Below are positions 1-9,008 of a DNA stretch of 59,191 nucleotides, in pieces; positions within the stretch are counted from its first letter, which is position 1; each line of letters starts with the position of its first letter. The position numbers were made by a program, and so were the translations under genes. The stretch spans positions 1-59,191 of the IMG/VR virus record IMGVR_UViG_3300034026_000014; one strand, written 5' to 3'. Source of the DNA: a virus (lineage: Duplodnaviria > Caudoviricetes). Below the pieces are notes generated by a model that did no database searches, had not been told where the DNA came from, and saw only the letters and a list, made by a program, of their open reading frames with translations.

Positions 1-1047
1 CTAAATTTTCCGCAGATAAAAGACTGCCTGGTCGCCCTCGCCCGCCCTGTTCAGCTCCGCGGCGCGAGCCTCGAAGGCCGCGATCTCTTCGGCGGTGAAG
101 ACCGAGTTCGTCGGGTTGATAAAGTGCGAGCGCACGTCCGTAGTAAGTGGTATGTCTCGCAAATATTGTTCACTTCCCCAAAATTGGAAGCCCGTCGAGT
201 CGTAAACGACCGCGTCTACGGCGAAGCCGCCCTCCTCAGCCAGCGCCTTGAAGGTTTCGGCGGTGAAAAGAAAGAGGTGGCGGGGCGCGTCCATCTGGAC
301 CCAGTTCACCCCGTACTCGCGCCACGCTCGCGCCAGAAGGGGGATGCGGACGACCGCGTAGTGCCCGGGCTCCAGGAGTCGATGGATGTCGCGGAGCGCT
401 TGGCGCGTGTCCGGTAAGTGTTCGAGCGAATGGCTCGCCAGCACGAGCCCGAACAGCCGGCTCAAGTCCGACAGCTCCGCCTTCAGCAATCGCACGCCGT
501 TCTCGAATTCGACGTCCTTTTCAAGGAAGGGGTCTATCCCCACCAGGTCGCGGAAGCCGAAGTAGCGGAGCCACAGGAGTGTGTCGCCTGTCCCCGACCC
601 TACGTCGAGGACCCCGTCGGCGGCGCTGAACCCCAGGTCGACGGGAGCGTCCCGCAGGAATTCGGGTAAGCCCGACACGGCGCGCCACCCGCGGCCGGCC
701 AGGAGCCTGCCCAGCGGGTGACGTAGCTCCCCGAAACGACGGCGGCGGCCGCCGTAGTAGCTCACCACCCGCCGCCTGAGGAACGTGCCCGCACTGCGCA
801 AGAGTTTTCTCTTCAGCCCGCCGCCCGCCGTCGAGTCCACCCCTGACGTCCGCATGGAGTAATAAGCCGCCCCTCCGGCTCCCGCGTAATACGGCCCCAA
901 CTCGGGCACCTCTCGGATCTGCAAGGTGCCGCAGGAGGCGCACTCGATGTAGTCGAATTCGTCACGGGTGCCCTGGAGCATCTCGCGGGCGCGGTGGAGC
1001 TTGTTGCTGGTGCCGTTGTCGCAGACGCGGCAGACATCCTCACTCAT
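1..1047 (-). CDS. Class I SAM-dependent methyltransferase with N-terminal Zn-ribbon (host-like)
   Basis: CxxC...CxxC N-terminus, VLDVGSGTG motif I, SHSLEHL and DAPRHL motifs; ATG at 1047 chosen as start. Confidence 0.85.
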   Translation of the reverse strand: MSEDVCRVCDNGTSNKLHRAREMLQGTRDEFDYIECASCGTLQIREVPELGPYYAGAGGAAYYSMRTSGVDSTAGGGLKRKLLRSAGTFLRRRVVSYYGGRRRRFGELRHPLGRLLAGRGWRAVSGLPEFLRDAPVDLGFSAADGVLDVGSGTGDTLLWLRYFGFRDLVGIDPFLEKDVEFENGVRLLKAELSDLSRLFGLVLASHSLEHLPDTRQALRDIHRLLEPGHYAVVRIPLLARAWREYGVNWVQMDAPRHLFLFTAETFKALAEEGGFAVDAVVYDSTGFQFWGSEQYLRDIPLTTDVRSHFINPTNSVFTAEEIAAFEARAAELNRAGEGDQAVFYLRKI

Positions 1048-1302
1048 CTTCTTCTCCGGGGCGTAAGGTCTCGAACTGTGAGTAGCGGTGACCAGTCTTA
1101 AATCACTCCACACGTTGCTGAGGGCGCAAAGTATATCAGCAACGAGGCGCGGGAGCCGACGTCGTCCACCCGAACAACTCAGGGAACGTCAGATATTTTA
1201 TCTGGGTGAACTCGTTCTTCAGAAGTTTAGTGAGGGTGAGCACGCCCCAGCCCGGGCGAGAAGCTTCCACCGGCACGGCCTCGTCTGTTAGCATCCCGCG
1301 GC

Positions 1303-1797
1303 ATGACACGTCAGGCCGGACTCGTCCCGTCGCCCGTCTTACTAATCTTAATTTTCTTCGGCCTCCTCAGCGGCCAGGTGCAGCTTCAGCGCCGTAACCC
1401 GACCGGCCGTATCGCCGTCATAAAGGGGGAATTGTCTTACCCAAGTGAGGGCATCCCCCCGGAACTGGTAGTTTGCGCAGAAGACCTGAGAACCGCGAGT
1501 GTGACGTGTCAACGGACGAACGACAGGGATAGACGGTATGATCTCACCTTCGAGCTGAGGGTGCCGCCGGGTAGTTACTTTATATTCACCACCCTCCCCT
1601 ATGATGCAGAAGATAACAAGGGGTCGTCACCCTCACAGCGCAGGTATCGAGCATATTATTCCGAGTATGTCAGGTGTGTCCGCAGGGAGGAGGGGCGGGG
1701 CGCCGAAATATGTTCTTCGCATGAGCCCGTGAGAGTGTCGGTGCGTGCCGGGCAGGTGGTCTCCGGCGTCGATCCCGGGGACTGGTACAATCACTAA
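1303..1797 (+). CDS. Hypothetical exported protein
   Basis: Hydrophobic N-terminal segment, 4 Cys, beta-rich 164-aa ORF. Confidence 0.6.
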   Translation: MTRQAGLVPSPVLLILIFFGLLSGQVQLQRRNPTGRIAVIKGELSYPSEGIPPELVVCAEDLRTASVTCQRTNDRDRRYDLTFELRVPPGSYFIFTTLPYDAEDNKGSSPSQRRYRAYYSEYVRCVRREEGRGAEICSSHEPVRVSVRAGQVVSGVDPGDWYNH

Positions 1798-1882
1798 CAA
1801 AGATCACCCGGGATTACAACGAGACTTGGCGACGGGGCCTTCCATTGAGGATGTTGGGGCGCTCGCGGCCTGGCGGAAATGA

Positions 1883-2131
1883 TTACGTCCCTTTGCGTGA
1901 CCTGGGGCGCGCGGGCTTACCGCCATTGGCGACCGGCTTGATGAAGTCGTTCGGCGTACAGCCGTAGGCGTCGCAGAGAAGGGCGATGGTGTCTAACTGC
2001 ATTCTCGTCACGCCGCCCCAGAGCTGCCTGGCACGTGAATCGGTTATCTTCAGCCGCCTAGCCAGACGGTAAAATGTGGTATCGCCGTGTGCTGCGGCCA
2101 ACTCGCGCACGGCAAAAGTGTATACCGACAT
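1883..2131 (-). CDS. XRE/Cro-C1 family HTH regulator
   Basis: YRLARRLKITDSRARQLW HTH and LDTIALLCDAYGCTPNDFI, typical of the XRE C-terminus; extended -10 (TGnTAGAGT) 7 nt before ATG suggests a leaderless mRNA. Confidence 0.8.
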   Translation of the reverse strand: MSVYTFAVRELAAAHGDTTFYRLARRLKITDSRARQLWGGVTRMQLDTIALLCDAYGCTPNDFIKPVANGGKPARPRSRKGT

Positions 2132-2173
2132 GCCGCGCACTCTACCATAGGGATGGTTCCGTGAGATACTGCC

Positions 2174-2202
2174 TTGACAGGTAGTGTGCCAGAGAATAGT
2201 AT
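2174..2202 (+). promoter_or_regulatory. Sigma70-type promoter, rightward
   Basis: TTGACA (2174-2179), 17 bp, TAGTAT (2197-2202). Confidence 0.65.
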
Positions 2203-2316
2203 TTCGCCCGTGCAAGGCCGAGGGCCTTAGTGCTTGAGGTTTTAAATTGGGGCGTGTTAGATTCGCCGCGCTTCCGCCGGGTCTTACTAGCTGCCAAATA
2301 GTCTCGGAGGAGCATC

Positions 2317-2361
2317 TTGTTCAGTACGCACGCACACATCTCCCTTGCCACCAACACGTAA
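2317..2361 (+). CDS. Possible 14-aa micro-ORF (MFSTHAHISLATNT)
   Basis: GGAGG six nt before TTG, downstream of the 2174 promoter; too short for the ORF track. Confidence 0.3.
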   Translation: MFSTHAHISLATNT

Positions 2362-2410
2362 TGTGAACTGGCAGCCAAACTTCAGAACTCCCCGAAAAAT
2401 GCGGCGTGTA

Positions 2411-2644
2411 TTACAGAGCCGCGAGCAGATTGGTGATGACCGAGCCTATGATCTCCACGAGGTCCGCAGGAAGTGTGGCCTCGGCGAGCGTCTGGGCGGG
2501 CGGTTCCGGTACCGGCTCGATGACGGACGGCTGTGTCACAGGCGTCGGCTCCGGCATCGGTGGCATAATTGGGTCGCCAGCTCGAACCGTCCCCGCGAAC
2601 AGACACATCAGCAGTACCAGGGTGGTTAGTCTCTTGATCGTCAT
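2411..2644 (-). CDS. Small secreted pro-peptide (candidate signalling peptide)
   Basis: RBS AAGGAG; Sec signal peptide MTIKRLTTLVLLMCLFAGTVRA, then GDPIMPPMP, a Pro/Glu/Thr linker and a hydrophobic C-terminal helix. Confidence 0.75.
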   Translation of the reverse strand: MTIKRLTTLVLLMCLFAGTVRAGDPIMPPMPEPTPVTQPSVIEPVPEPPAQTLAEATLPADLVEIIGSVITNLLAAL

Positions 2645-2682
2645 TTCTGACTCCTTACTGTTCGGTTATGAGTTGGTAGGAC

Positions 2683-2700
2683 TTAGAAGTTTTTTTCTAA
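2683..2700. promoter_or_regulatory. Palindromic operator TTAGAA-N6-TTCTAA (copy 1)
   Basis: Between the divergent peptide and TPR-HTH genes; its reverse complement matches 28640-28657 at 17/18 positions. Confidence 0.65.
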
Positions 2701-2728
2701 CGGCCGTAACGCGAGCCACATAATAGAG

Positions 2729-4078
2729 ATGCGGGGAGAGAAGCGTCAACAAACAGCCGGATTGGGGGACGTCTCTGGATGCTGCGATAGGGCGCGAGCT
2801 CTGGAGCAGGCCGGGCGTTACGAGGAGGCGCGCGAGCTTCTGTCCGACTGGTGGCCGGAAGTCGGCGAGAGGCCGATACTTGAAGGGTTGAATGAGCGCG
2901 AGGCGGTAGAGGTCAAGCTACGCGTCGGATGTCTGACGAGCTGGCTCGGGAGCGCCCGGCCGGTCGAGGGCGCGCAGGACTTGGCCCTCGACCTTCTATC
3001 GGAGTGCGCGCGGACGTTTGAAGACTTGGGACTGACTGAGCGTCAAGCCGAGGCAGAAATAGGCATGTCCCACGCCTATTTACGGAAGGCGTCATACGAC
3101 GAGGCGAGGGTCATTCTGAATTGCGTGCTCGGGAATCTTTCTCCTGGTGGGGAGCTGGCGTTGAGCGCCATCGCCATGTTGACTACCGTCGAGCGCGCCG
3201 CGGGCGCGCTGGATGAGGCGCTGCGGTTGCACGAGAGTTCAGCGCCGCTATTTGAAGGGGATGATGTGCCGCTGCGTCTCAAGGGTGTGTTCCATTACAA
3301 CTGGGCGGTCACACTTCGGAAACTCGGCCACATCGATGTAGCACTCTCACAGTACGACGCAGCCAAAGAATGCTTGGAGAAGGCGCGCGACACCTCTCGG
3401 CTGGCAATCGTTGAGACCAGTCTCGGCGTCATGTTCTATGAGCTTGGGGCATTCCCCGAAGCGGTAGAGCACACCCGTCAGGCAATCTCACTTTTCGAAG
3501 CGGAATCAAATCAGCGTGGCGTCGCAGAGGCCAATGAAACGCTCTCGCGCGTGCTGGTCGAGGTGGGTGATTACGGCGGGGCAGAGAGCGCGGCTCGCGC
3601 GGCGGTGAACACGCTGCGGGCAGGGGACGAGAAGGCTCTGCTGGTGGAAGCGCTAACGTGCCTGGGCACGGCACTGGCCCGCCAGGGACGCCGCCGCGAA
3701 GCGCACGTAGCCTTTGGAGAGGCAGAGGAGGAGGCGTCGAATTACGTCGGCCGCTCGGCGGCGGCAGTCGTCGTTATGAAGGTGCTGGAGGAGCTATGCG
3801 CACCCGCCTGCCTTGACACTGGCCTCAATCTGGAAGACCCCGTAAATTTGCTGGAGAAGGAAATAATCAGGTGTGCACTCCGAGACTCTAACAAGCAGAT
3901 AAAGGAGGCCGCGATAAGGCTCGGCGTCGAATATGACACGCTGCGATACATCGTCAACAACAGGCACTCTGAACTGCGCGAAGAACGCACAAGAGTATAC
4001 GCCCGCCCACATCGGGGAATCGTCAAGCAAGCTTCATCGAAGGTGAAGAGGATTCGCGACAGGCGGGGTAAGAGCTAA
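2729..4078 (+). CDS. TPR-repeat protein with C-terminal Fis-type HTH (transcriptional regulator)
   Basis: Multiple TPR-like helical repeats; C-terminal LEKEIIRCALRDSNKQIKEAAIRLGVEYDTL resembles the NtrC/Fis HTH; no AAA+ domain seen. Confidence 0.8.
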   Translation: MRGEKRQQTAGLGDVSGCCDRARALEQAGRYEEARELLSDWWPEVGERPILEGLNEREAVEVKLRVGCLTSWLGSARPVEGAQDLALDLLSECARTFEDLGLTERQAEAEIGMSHAYLRKASYDEARVILNCVLGNLSPGGELALSAIAMLTTVERAAGALDEALRLHESSAPLFEGDDVPLRLKGVFHYNWAVTLRKLGHIDVALSQYDAAKECLEKARDTSRLAIVETSLGVMFYELGAFPEAVEHTRQAISLFEAESNQRGVAEANETLSRVLVEVGDYGGAESAARAAVNTLRAGDEKALLVEALTCLGTALARQGRRREAHVAFGEAEEEASNYVGRSAAAVVVMKVLEELCAPACLDTGLNLEDPVNLLEKEIIRCALRDSNKQIKEAAIRLGVEYDTLRYIVNNRHSELREERTRVYARPHRGIVKQASSKVKRIRDRRGKS

Positions 4079-4578
4079 CCAGAGCTCCGTTTTTTAGTGA
4101 CTGGCGGCGCCTCGGCTATAACATCTACTGCCACCAGCTTCAACAAAGCCTTTAACTTTCGGATCTCCGTCGGACGTAGTTCGCGACGCATGCTTATCAT
4201 GTGAGCGGCAAGCGCCTCAAGCGCATTACTCACTAGGCCCGCAATCAATTCTTGAGGCTCTTTCCCCTCAATGCCTGCGATCACCTCAATCGTCTCTCGA
4301 ACTGTAGGGTCGAGGAACTTGAGGATGTTGACGGGTTCCTCACCCTTCTCTTTCAATAACCAATCTGTCGAACATCCTGTATTTTCCGAAATGGAAATTA
4401 TTAACTGAGCGCTGTCCTCGAAGCCCTTTACCCTACCTCCTAGCACCTTAGACAGGCGCGCGTCTTTAATCTTCAAATTTTCGGCTATTTCCTTCTGCTG
4501 ACGGCCTCCATAAGCCTTCTTCACCCGCCGGGTAAATGCTTTCATGAATTCCGAGGCTTCTTCTTCCGATTTTCCCAA
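4075..4578 (-). CDS. CI-like phage repressor (XRE HTH)
   Basis: QQKEIAENLKIKDARLSKVL HTH and CSTDWLL motif; AGGAG RBS before TTG 4578 (alternative ATG 4545); divergent from a cro-like gene. Confidence 0.75.
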   Translation of the reverse strand: MGKSEEEASEFMKAFTRRVKKAYGGRQQKEIAENLKIKDARLSKVLGGRVKGFEDSAQLIISISENTGCSTDWLLKEKGEEPVNILKFLDPTVRETIEVIAGIEGKEPQELIAGLVSNALEALAAHMISMRRELRPTEIRKLKALLKLVAVDVIAEAPPVTKKRSSG

Positions 4579-4593
4579 ATCGAAATTCTCCTC

Positions 4594-4622
4594 TTGACAG
4601 GATTTTCCGGAATGGATATTTT
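4594..4622 (+). promoter_or_regulatory. pR-like early lytic promoter
   Basis: TTGACA (4594-4599), 17 bp, TATTTT (4617-4622); the spacer contains TTCCGGAA. Confidence 0.65.
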
Positions 4623-4657
4623 GGCGTCTACCAACTTGTTGGAGTGGCTTAGAGTAC

Positions 4658-4879
4658 ATGATAAGCGAAAAAGAGACAAAGATTATTTTAGAGATCCTCG
4701 GCATCAAGCCCGCGAGGGTGGCACCGGCCATAAATTGCGACAAGAGTGATCTCTCGAACGTCATCAACCGGCGCAAGCGTCTCCCGGCAGTGAATAAGGC
4801 GTTCGCTGAGTACGTCGGCCGTGAACTCACTACTCAACTCATCGAGGCCGGCGAGTCCGCCCCGCTTACTACCCCTTGA
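4658..4879 (+). CDS. Cro-like small HTH protein
   Basis: PARVAPAINCDKSDLSNVIN HTH-like, 73 aa, divergent from the repressor. Confidence 0.7.
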   Translation: MISEKETKIILEILGIKPARVAPAINCDKSDLSNVINRRKRLPAVNKAFAEYVGRELTTQLIEAGESAPLTTP

Positions 4880-5215
4880 AATACTACTCTCTGAGGTAGG
4901 TGCGGGATGATAGCACCCGCGCCCGGGTCGGGCAATCAATTTCAGATTCGCGCCGAGATTTGAAAATTTATCGATATCGCGGCGGCTCGTCGAAGGGGCG
5001 ACCCGCCGCGGTGGGCGGCGAAGGCATGATTCTCCCCGGCCTTTCGCACGCTGTCGTGGGGCGGCGGCCGGGGGGCGGCCGCCGCCCGGGGGAGGGAAGT
5101 CTTTACGAAACAGTGAAGCCGCCCGGATGTAGCAAGCATCCGCGCGGCCTCTATTCGGTCTCGGGTTAAGGGGTGGTGAGAGTGGCTGCTCTCACCGGAG
5201 AAAAGGAAATCAACC

Positions 5216-5644
5216 ATGCCAATGATACCAGTCGGAGACGTGACGGGCAATCAATTCTCTAAGGCCCGCCAGCTGCTCGACGTTCAAGTCGTAGCCTGCG
5301 ACTCCTGCACCTACCGCGTCCCGTCACACACCCGCGGCGAGAAGGATCACAAGGTTCAGCTCGACGACCCCGAGTTGCCGGGCATGCTCTCGTGCACGTG
5401 TGAGGCGGGCCTGATGGGGAAGCCTTGCTGGGCGATGGCGCGGGTGCTGATTGCGAGGGAAGTGATGCGGGCGGCTAACGTTTGGGTCTCCCGCGGCGCC
5501 GCTTCGGCCCAGGCCGGGTTGGAGATGGCGGGCGGCGCCCTTGTGCCTGTCGCCACGGCGACTTTCGACGCAGAGGGTAATCCGGTCCTGCTCTGGGGCG
5601 GTGAACCTCCGGTGGCCGGGCTGCTTTATTCGATTCCTAATTAA
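5216..5644 (+). CDS. SWIM zinc-finger protein
   Basis: YRVPS...SCTCEAGLMGKPCW motif; good RBS. Confidence 0.65.
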   Translation: MPMIPVGDVTGNQFSKARQLLDVQVVACDSCTYRVPSHTRGEKDHKVQLDDPELPGMLSCTCEAGLMGKPCWAMARVLIAREVMRAANVWVSRGAASAQAGLEMAGGALVPVATATFDAEGNPVLLWGGEPPVAGLLYSIPN

Positions 5645-5679
5645 CGACTTTCTATTCCCAGGGGACCAGGAGACCACGC

Positions 5680-6504
5680 TTGGCGCCAGCCTACGCGGCC
5701 GTACCGGATGAGGCGTTCCGCCGTCGGGCGGAACTGTCGAGTGGGGCGTTCGATCTCTATGAGCTTTACTGCAAGCACCGCAACCGCGCGACCGGCCGTT
5801 GCGATCCTTCGGTCGGGTATCTCGCCGCCAAGCTGCACCGCACTTATAAGCACGTCTCCGACCTCAAATGCGAGCTGGTCGAGAAGGGTTGGATCGAACG
5901 GCTGGGGAGGCGCGCCGTTGACCTCCTCGTCGGATTCAAGCCTCCGAAGGTGGTGGAGATCGGGCGCGCGAATTCCGGAAAAAATCCGGAATTGGGCGGG
6001 GGCGGGGGCGGGCGAATTCCGGAAAAAATCCGGAATTCAATTCCGGAAAAATCCGGAATTCAGTCGGCGAGTCCTTATAGTGAACATCTTAGTCAACCTG
6101 ATGATGATGAGGATACTTCATCATCAGCGGCGATTCTCGACTTCTACGTCGAGGTCATCGGCAACGATGTTCGTGACTCCGACCGGAGGGTTGCCGCCGC
6201 ACTCTCACACCACCCACTGCATCACGTCCAGCTCGGCATCGTGGTCTCGGCATACCGCGCGAAAACCCGCGCGAGCGGCAGGACCCGCATCAACTCGCTG
6301 GCCTACTGCGTCGGCGCCGTCGATGAGATGGTCGAGGGGAACGCGAGCGAGGACTACCTGACTTACGTCCTCGGCAAATGGGAGGAGCTAAGGCGGCAGG
6401 CGCAGCCGGCCCTGCCCGGAGTCGGGGCGGATGTGACGGAGGGGAACTTCGAGGCGGAAGAAGACGCGGCCGGGTCGCGGCGCGCGAACGGGGAGGGGCG
6501 TTGA
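5680..6504 (+). CDS. Phage replication initiator (N-terminal wHTH, internal iterons)
   Basis: RNRATGRCDPSVGYLAAKL...LVEKGWI wHTH; position after cro; internal repeats as in lambda O. Confidence 0.75.
   Translation: MAPAYAAVPDEAFRRRAELSSGAFDLYELYCKHRNRATGRCDPSVGYLAAKLHRTYKHVSDLKCELVEKGWIERLGRRAVDLLVGFKPPKVVEIGRANSGKNPELGGGGGGRIPEKIRNSIPEKSGIQSASPYSEHLSQPDDDEDTSSSAAILDFYVEVIGNDVRDSDRRVAAALSHHPLHHVQLGIVVSAYRAKTRASGRTRINSLAYCVGAVDEMVEGNASEDYLTYVLGKWEELRRQAQPALPGVGADVTEGNFEAEEDAAGSRRANGEGR
5971..6060. repeat. Iterons of origin 1: 3 x AATTCCGGAAAAA(A)TCCGGAATT
   Basis: Copies at 5971-5993, 6015-6037 and 6039-6060, each self-palindromic at its ends. Confidence 0.8.
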
Positions 6505-6683
6505 TGGCGATTCTCGTGAGTGACAGTGACGTTAGGCCGGCGCGTGATTACGTCACCCTCTGGCTCCGGCTCTGTGGCTTCGGAGGCCCACAGCCGTCGA
6601 GGGACAACCAGCGCGCCGACGAGCACGCGAATGACCGCCGGTACCGCGTCGAGGTCGAGGGCGATGTTGACAAGCTACCGTGA
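6504..6683 (+). CDS. Hypothetical early phage protein
   Basis: TGATG coupling to the rep stop; RBS GGAGG. Confidence 0.5.
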   Translation: MAILVSDSDVRPARDYVTLWLRLCGFGGPQPSRDNQRADEHANDRRYRVEVEGDVDKLP

Positions 6684-6984
6684 GGCGGTTTGTTGGCTGG
6701 CCCGAAACGAAGGCGGCCTCCTCGTCGTGACCGAGGAGCGGGCGCGCCTGGTGGATGTGCTGCACCACCGCAACGAGGGCCTGAGCCTCCAGGCCGCGCA
6801 CGCCCTGACGAACGATTCTCACCGTGCGCTCTGGTTCGACACGCAGGCCGACGGAGGGCGAAGTCGGTTGAGTCTGAACGCCGAGGGGGCGAGGTATCAC
6901 CGTCGGCTGGTCGAACGGAAACAATGCCGCTGTCCGAAGAAAATGGAGGGGAGAAGTCATGCCGATGAAGGTCGTGAGGGGTGA
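6664..6984 (+). CDS. Hypothetical early phage protein
   Basis: RBS GAGG + ATG; overlapping operon. Confidence 0.55.
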   Translation: MLTSYREAVCWLARNEGGLLVVTEERARLVDVLHHRNEGLSLQAAHALTNDSHRALWFDTQADGGRSRLSLNAEGARYHRRLVERKQCRCPKKMEGRSHADEGREG

Positions 6985-7174
6985 CCGGTTGTTGATGGTC
7001 GTGCCGCCGGGCGAAGCGATCCAAGCTTCCACCTTCCCGGCCGAGGTTATCCGAGTGGACGAGAGCATGGTTACGTGCTCCGTATCCGTTGACCTTCCAA
7101 GAACGATGAGGTTCGACCGCCGAACGGGCTGGCGCGATGACCGTGAAGCTTTCCTGATCCGGGTGCCCGGATGA
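6959..7174 (+). CDS. Hypothetical phage protein
   Basis: RBS GGAG; coupled operon. Confidence 0.55.
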   Translation: MPMKVVRGDRLLMVVPPGEAIQASTFPAEVIRVDESMVTCSVSVDLPRTMRFDRRTGWRDDREAFLIRVPG

Positions 7175-7407
7175 ACGACTGGCTGCTGAGCAGATTCGAA
7201 AAGTTGAGGAGGGACCTCGCGGCGGCGGGGCAGATCAAGCCGTTCTGCGACGAGCTGCGGGCGCTGGTCTCTCCCGACGGCACGCTCTCGACCTACGAGG
7301 CGATTGACACTTCCACGCCTGACCAGTGGCGGGAGGCCGTCGAGAGGGTGAACTGGCGGCGGGACGCTCAGCTCGTTCTGCCCGCCGAGACCGGAGGTGC
7401 TCGATGA
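7171..7407 (+). CDS. Hypothetical phage protein
   Basis: ATGA overlap with the previous gene. Confidence 0.55.
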   Translation: MNDWLLSRFEKLRRDLAAAGQIKPFCDELRALVSPDGTLSTYEAIDTSTPDQWREAVERVNWRRDAQLVLPAETGGAR

Positions 7408-7736
7408 GCGAGGTAAGAGGGCCGGCCGGACGGTGCGAGCCTGAAGCCACACCGGGGCTTCGCATCTTCGCGCCCCCGGGGGCGAAAGTTTGTAAGTACC
7501 TCTGCTACTGGTGCGAACGCCTGTTGGTGTGCGATTGCGAGGGCGACACCGGCTGCGGGTACGACACGGTGGGACTACTCGACCGTCGCTGTCTGGCCGA
7601 AGGGGCACACTGCCATTATCCGAAGTTCTGTGTTGATTGCTACGAAGCTATCTATGCTCCGTACGAAACGCGGAAAACCATATTCAGTGCCCACGGCTCG
7701 CCCTTGGCGGAAGTCGAGCCGGCACTGACAGCTTGA
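7404..7736 (+). CDS. Cys-rich hypothetical protein
   Basis: RBS GGAGG, ATGA overlap, several CxxC. Confidence 0.55.
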   Translation: MSEVRGPAGRCEPEATPGLRIFAPPGAKVCKYLCYWCERLLVCDCEGDTGCGYDTVGLLDRRCLAEGAHCHYPKFCVDCYEAIYAPYETRKTIFSAHGSPLAEVEPALTA

Positions 7737-7833
7737 GGGCCGGAGAATCAAAAAGCGGCGGGCGCGTCCCGGCCCTCAAGTAAATAGGGAGGCGCGCCCG
7801 CTTATCTTTATCGTTCCGACGCGGGGGAGATGA

Positions 7834-8292
7834 ATGGAAGGCGGGAAGAAATTCGACTGCGCGGACTGCGTGGCGTTCTGCTGCTCGAACGTCTACGAGG
7901 TGTTGTTGACGGCCGTCGAGGTGGCGCGCCTCTCGCTCCGGCTGAACGTGGGGCCGGCCGAGTTCAAGCGGCGCTACACCACCGACGGCTCGACGCTCGC
8001 CAAGAAGCCCGACCCCATCTTCGGCAAGGCGTGCGTCTTCCTCGACCTGGACGCGCGCCACTGCACGATCTACTCGTCGAGGCCGGGGGTCTGTAAGGTG
8101 TGGCCGCGCCCCGAGCACGCCGCACCCGGCGCCGAGGGCCGCTGCGGCTTCTACGACGTCTACACGCACCTGCGCAACGAGCTGGAGCCGACCGCCATGC
8201 CGCTCTTCCAGCTCGTGAGGGTGCAGGAGTCGGAGCACCCGGCGACGCGGCCGAATCCGGCGCGGGCCGCCGGCGCCGCAGGGGGTGAGTGA
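7834..8292 (+). CDS. YkgJ-family (CxxCxxCC) Zn/Fe-chelating protein
   Basis: CADCVAFCC ... CVFLD ... CTIYSSRPGVCKVWP signature. Confidence 0.8.
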   Translation: MEGGKKFDCADCVAFCCSNVYEVLLTAVEVARLSLRLNVGPAEFKRRYTTDGSTLAKKPDPIFGKACVFLDLDARHCTIYSSRPGVCKVWPRPEHAAPGAEGRCGFYDVYTHLRNELEPTAMPLFQLVRVQESEHPATRPNPARAAGAAGGE

Positions 8293-8780
8293 TGGGCGAA
8301 GAAGAGTTCGACCGGGGGAGGGCGGCGGAAGCGCTGGAGGAGTTGAGCGGACGCGTGATGGCTGCCTGCGCGCTCGTCGTCGGGCTGGGGTTCCGCCGGA
8401 GTCGCTGTCACGACTGCGCCTTCCGGCCCGGGAGCCCCGAGATGAAGGAGTTCCACGAGACCTACCCGTCGAAGATGGCGACGATCCACGAGGAACTCGA
8501 CTACTACCTCTCGGGCGAGGGCGGGCGCGTCCCCGTCTTCTTCTGTCACCAGGGCATGCCGACAGGGCCGAAGGGGCCGCCGGACTACCGGCCGCCGCGG
8601 GACGAGCGCGGCGTGCCCCTGGGGTTCCCGGTCTGCGCGGGCTTCCGCAAGCTCGTCGATTCGTGCGTCAGTGACCTTAACAACCGCCTCGACGATTTGG
8701 GCGGCGAACCCGGATGCTCGCCTCCGCCGCCGACGGTCGAGCCGGAGGTCTGCGACTCGCACGAGCCGGGGGCGGCCTGA
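8289..8780 (+). CDS. Hypothetical Cys/His zinc-binding phage protein
   Basis: CHDCAFRPGSPE, FFCHQG, CAGF motifs. Confidence 0.6.
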   Translation: MMGEEEFDRGRAAEALEELSGRVMAACALVVGLGFRRSRCHDCAFRPGSPEMKEFHETYPSKMATIHEELDYYLSGEGGRVPVFFCHQGMPTGPKGPPDYRPPRDERGVPLGFPVCAGFRKLVDSCVSDLNNRLDDLGGEPGCSPPPPTVEPEVCDSHEPGAA

Positions 8781-8792
8781 AGGGGGTCGGGG

Positions 8793-9008
8793 ATGCACGT
8801 CAAGCGGTCCACTGCCGGGCGCAAAGAGGACGTGAGGGAGAAGTGCTCGCGGATGACGGCCACGGCCATGAACGACTGCGAGAGGGTCTTCCTGGCCGCG
8901 CTCGCCGAGGGGCTCGCCGCCGGGCTCCCGATCCGGATCGGGAATGAGGAGTGGGTCGTCGAGCGAGACACGGCGCCCCAACCGACTGAGGTGAAGAATG
9001 CACTTTGA
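8793..9008 (+). CDS. Hypothetical phage protein
   Basis: Operon position, coding-like composition. Confidence 0.5.
   Translation: MHVKRSTAGRKEDVREKCSRMTATAMNDCERVFLAALAEGLAAGLPIRIGNEEWVVERDTAPQPTEVKNAL

Noticed and set aside
1050-1883. attL matching the right end
   Set aside because: No repeat shared with 58050-58210 found by eye; no tRNA gene seen at either end
2157-2165. CTCACGGAA core of the late motif in the XRE promoter (minus strand)
   Set aside because: Only 9 bp, with different spacing to the -10; not enough to call
4900-5215. ORF or ncRNA in the GC-rich leader between cro and the SWIM gene
   Set aside because: Hairpins are present (e.g. about 5116-5150) but no family is recognisable and the ORFs look non-coding
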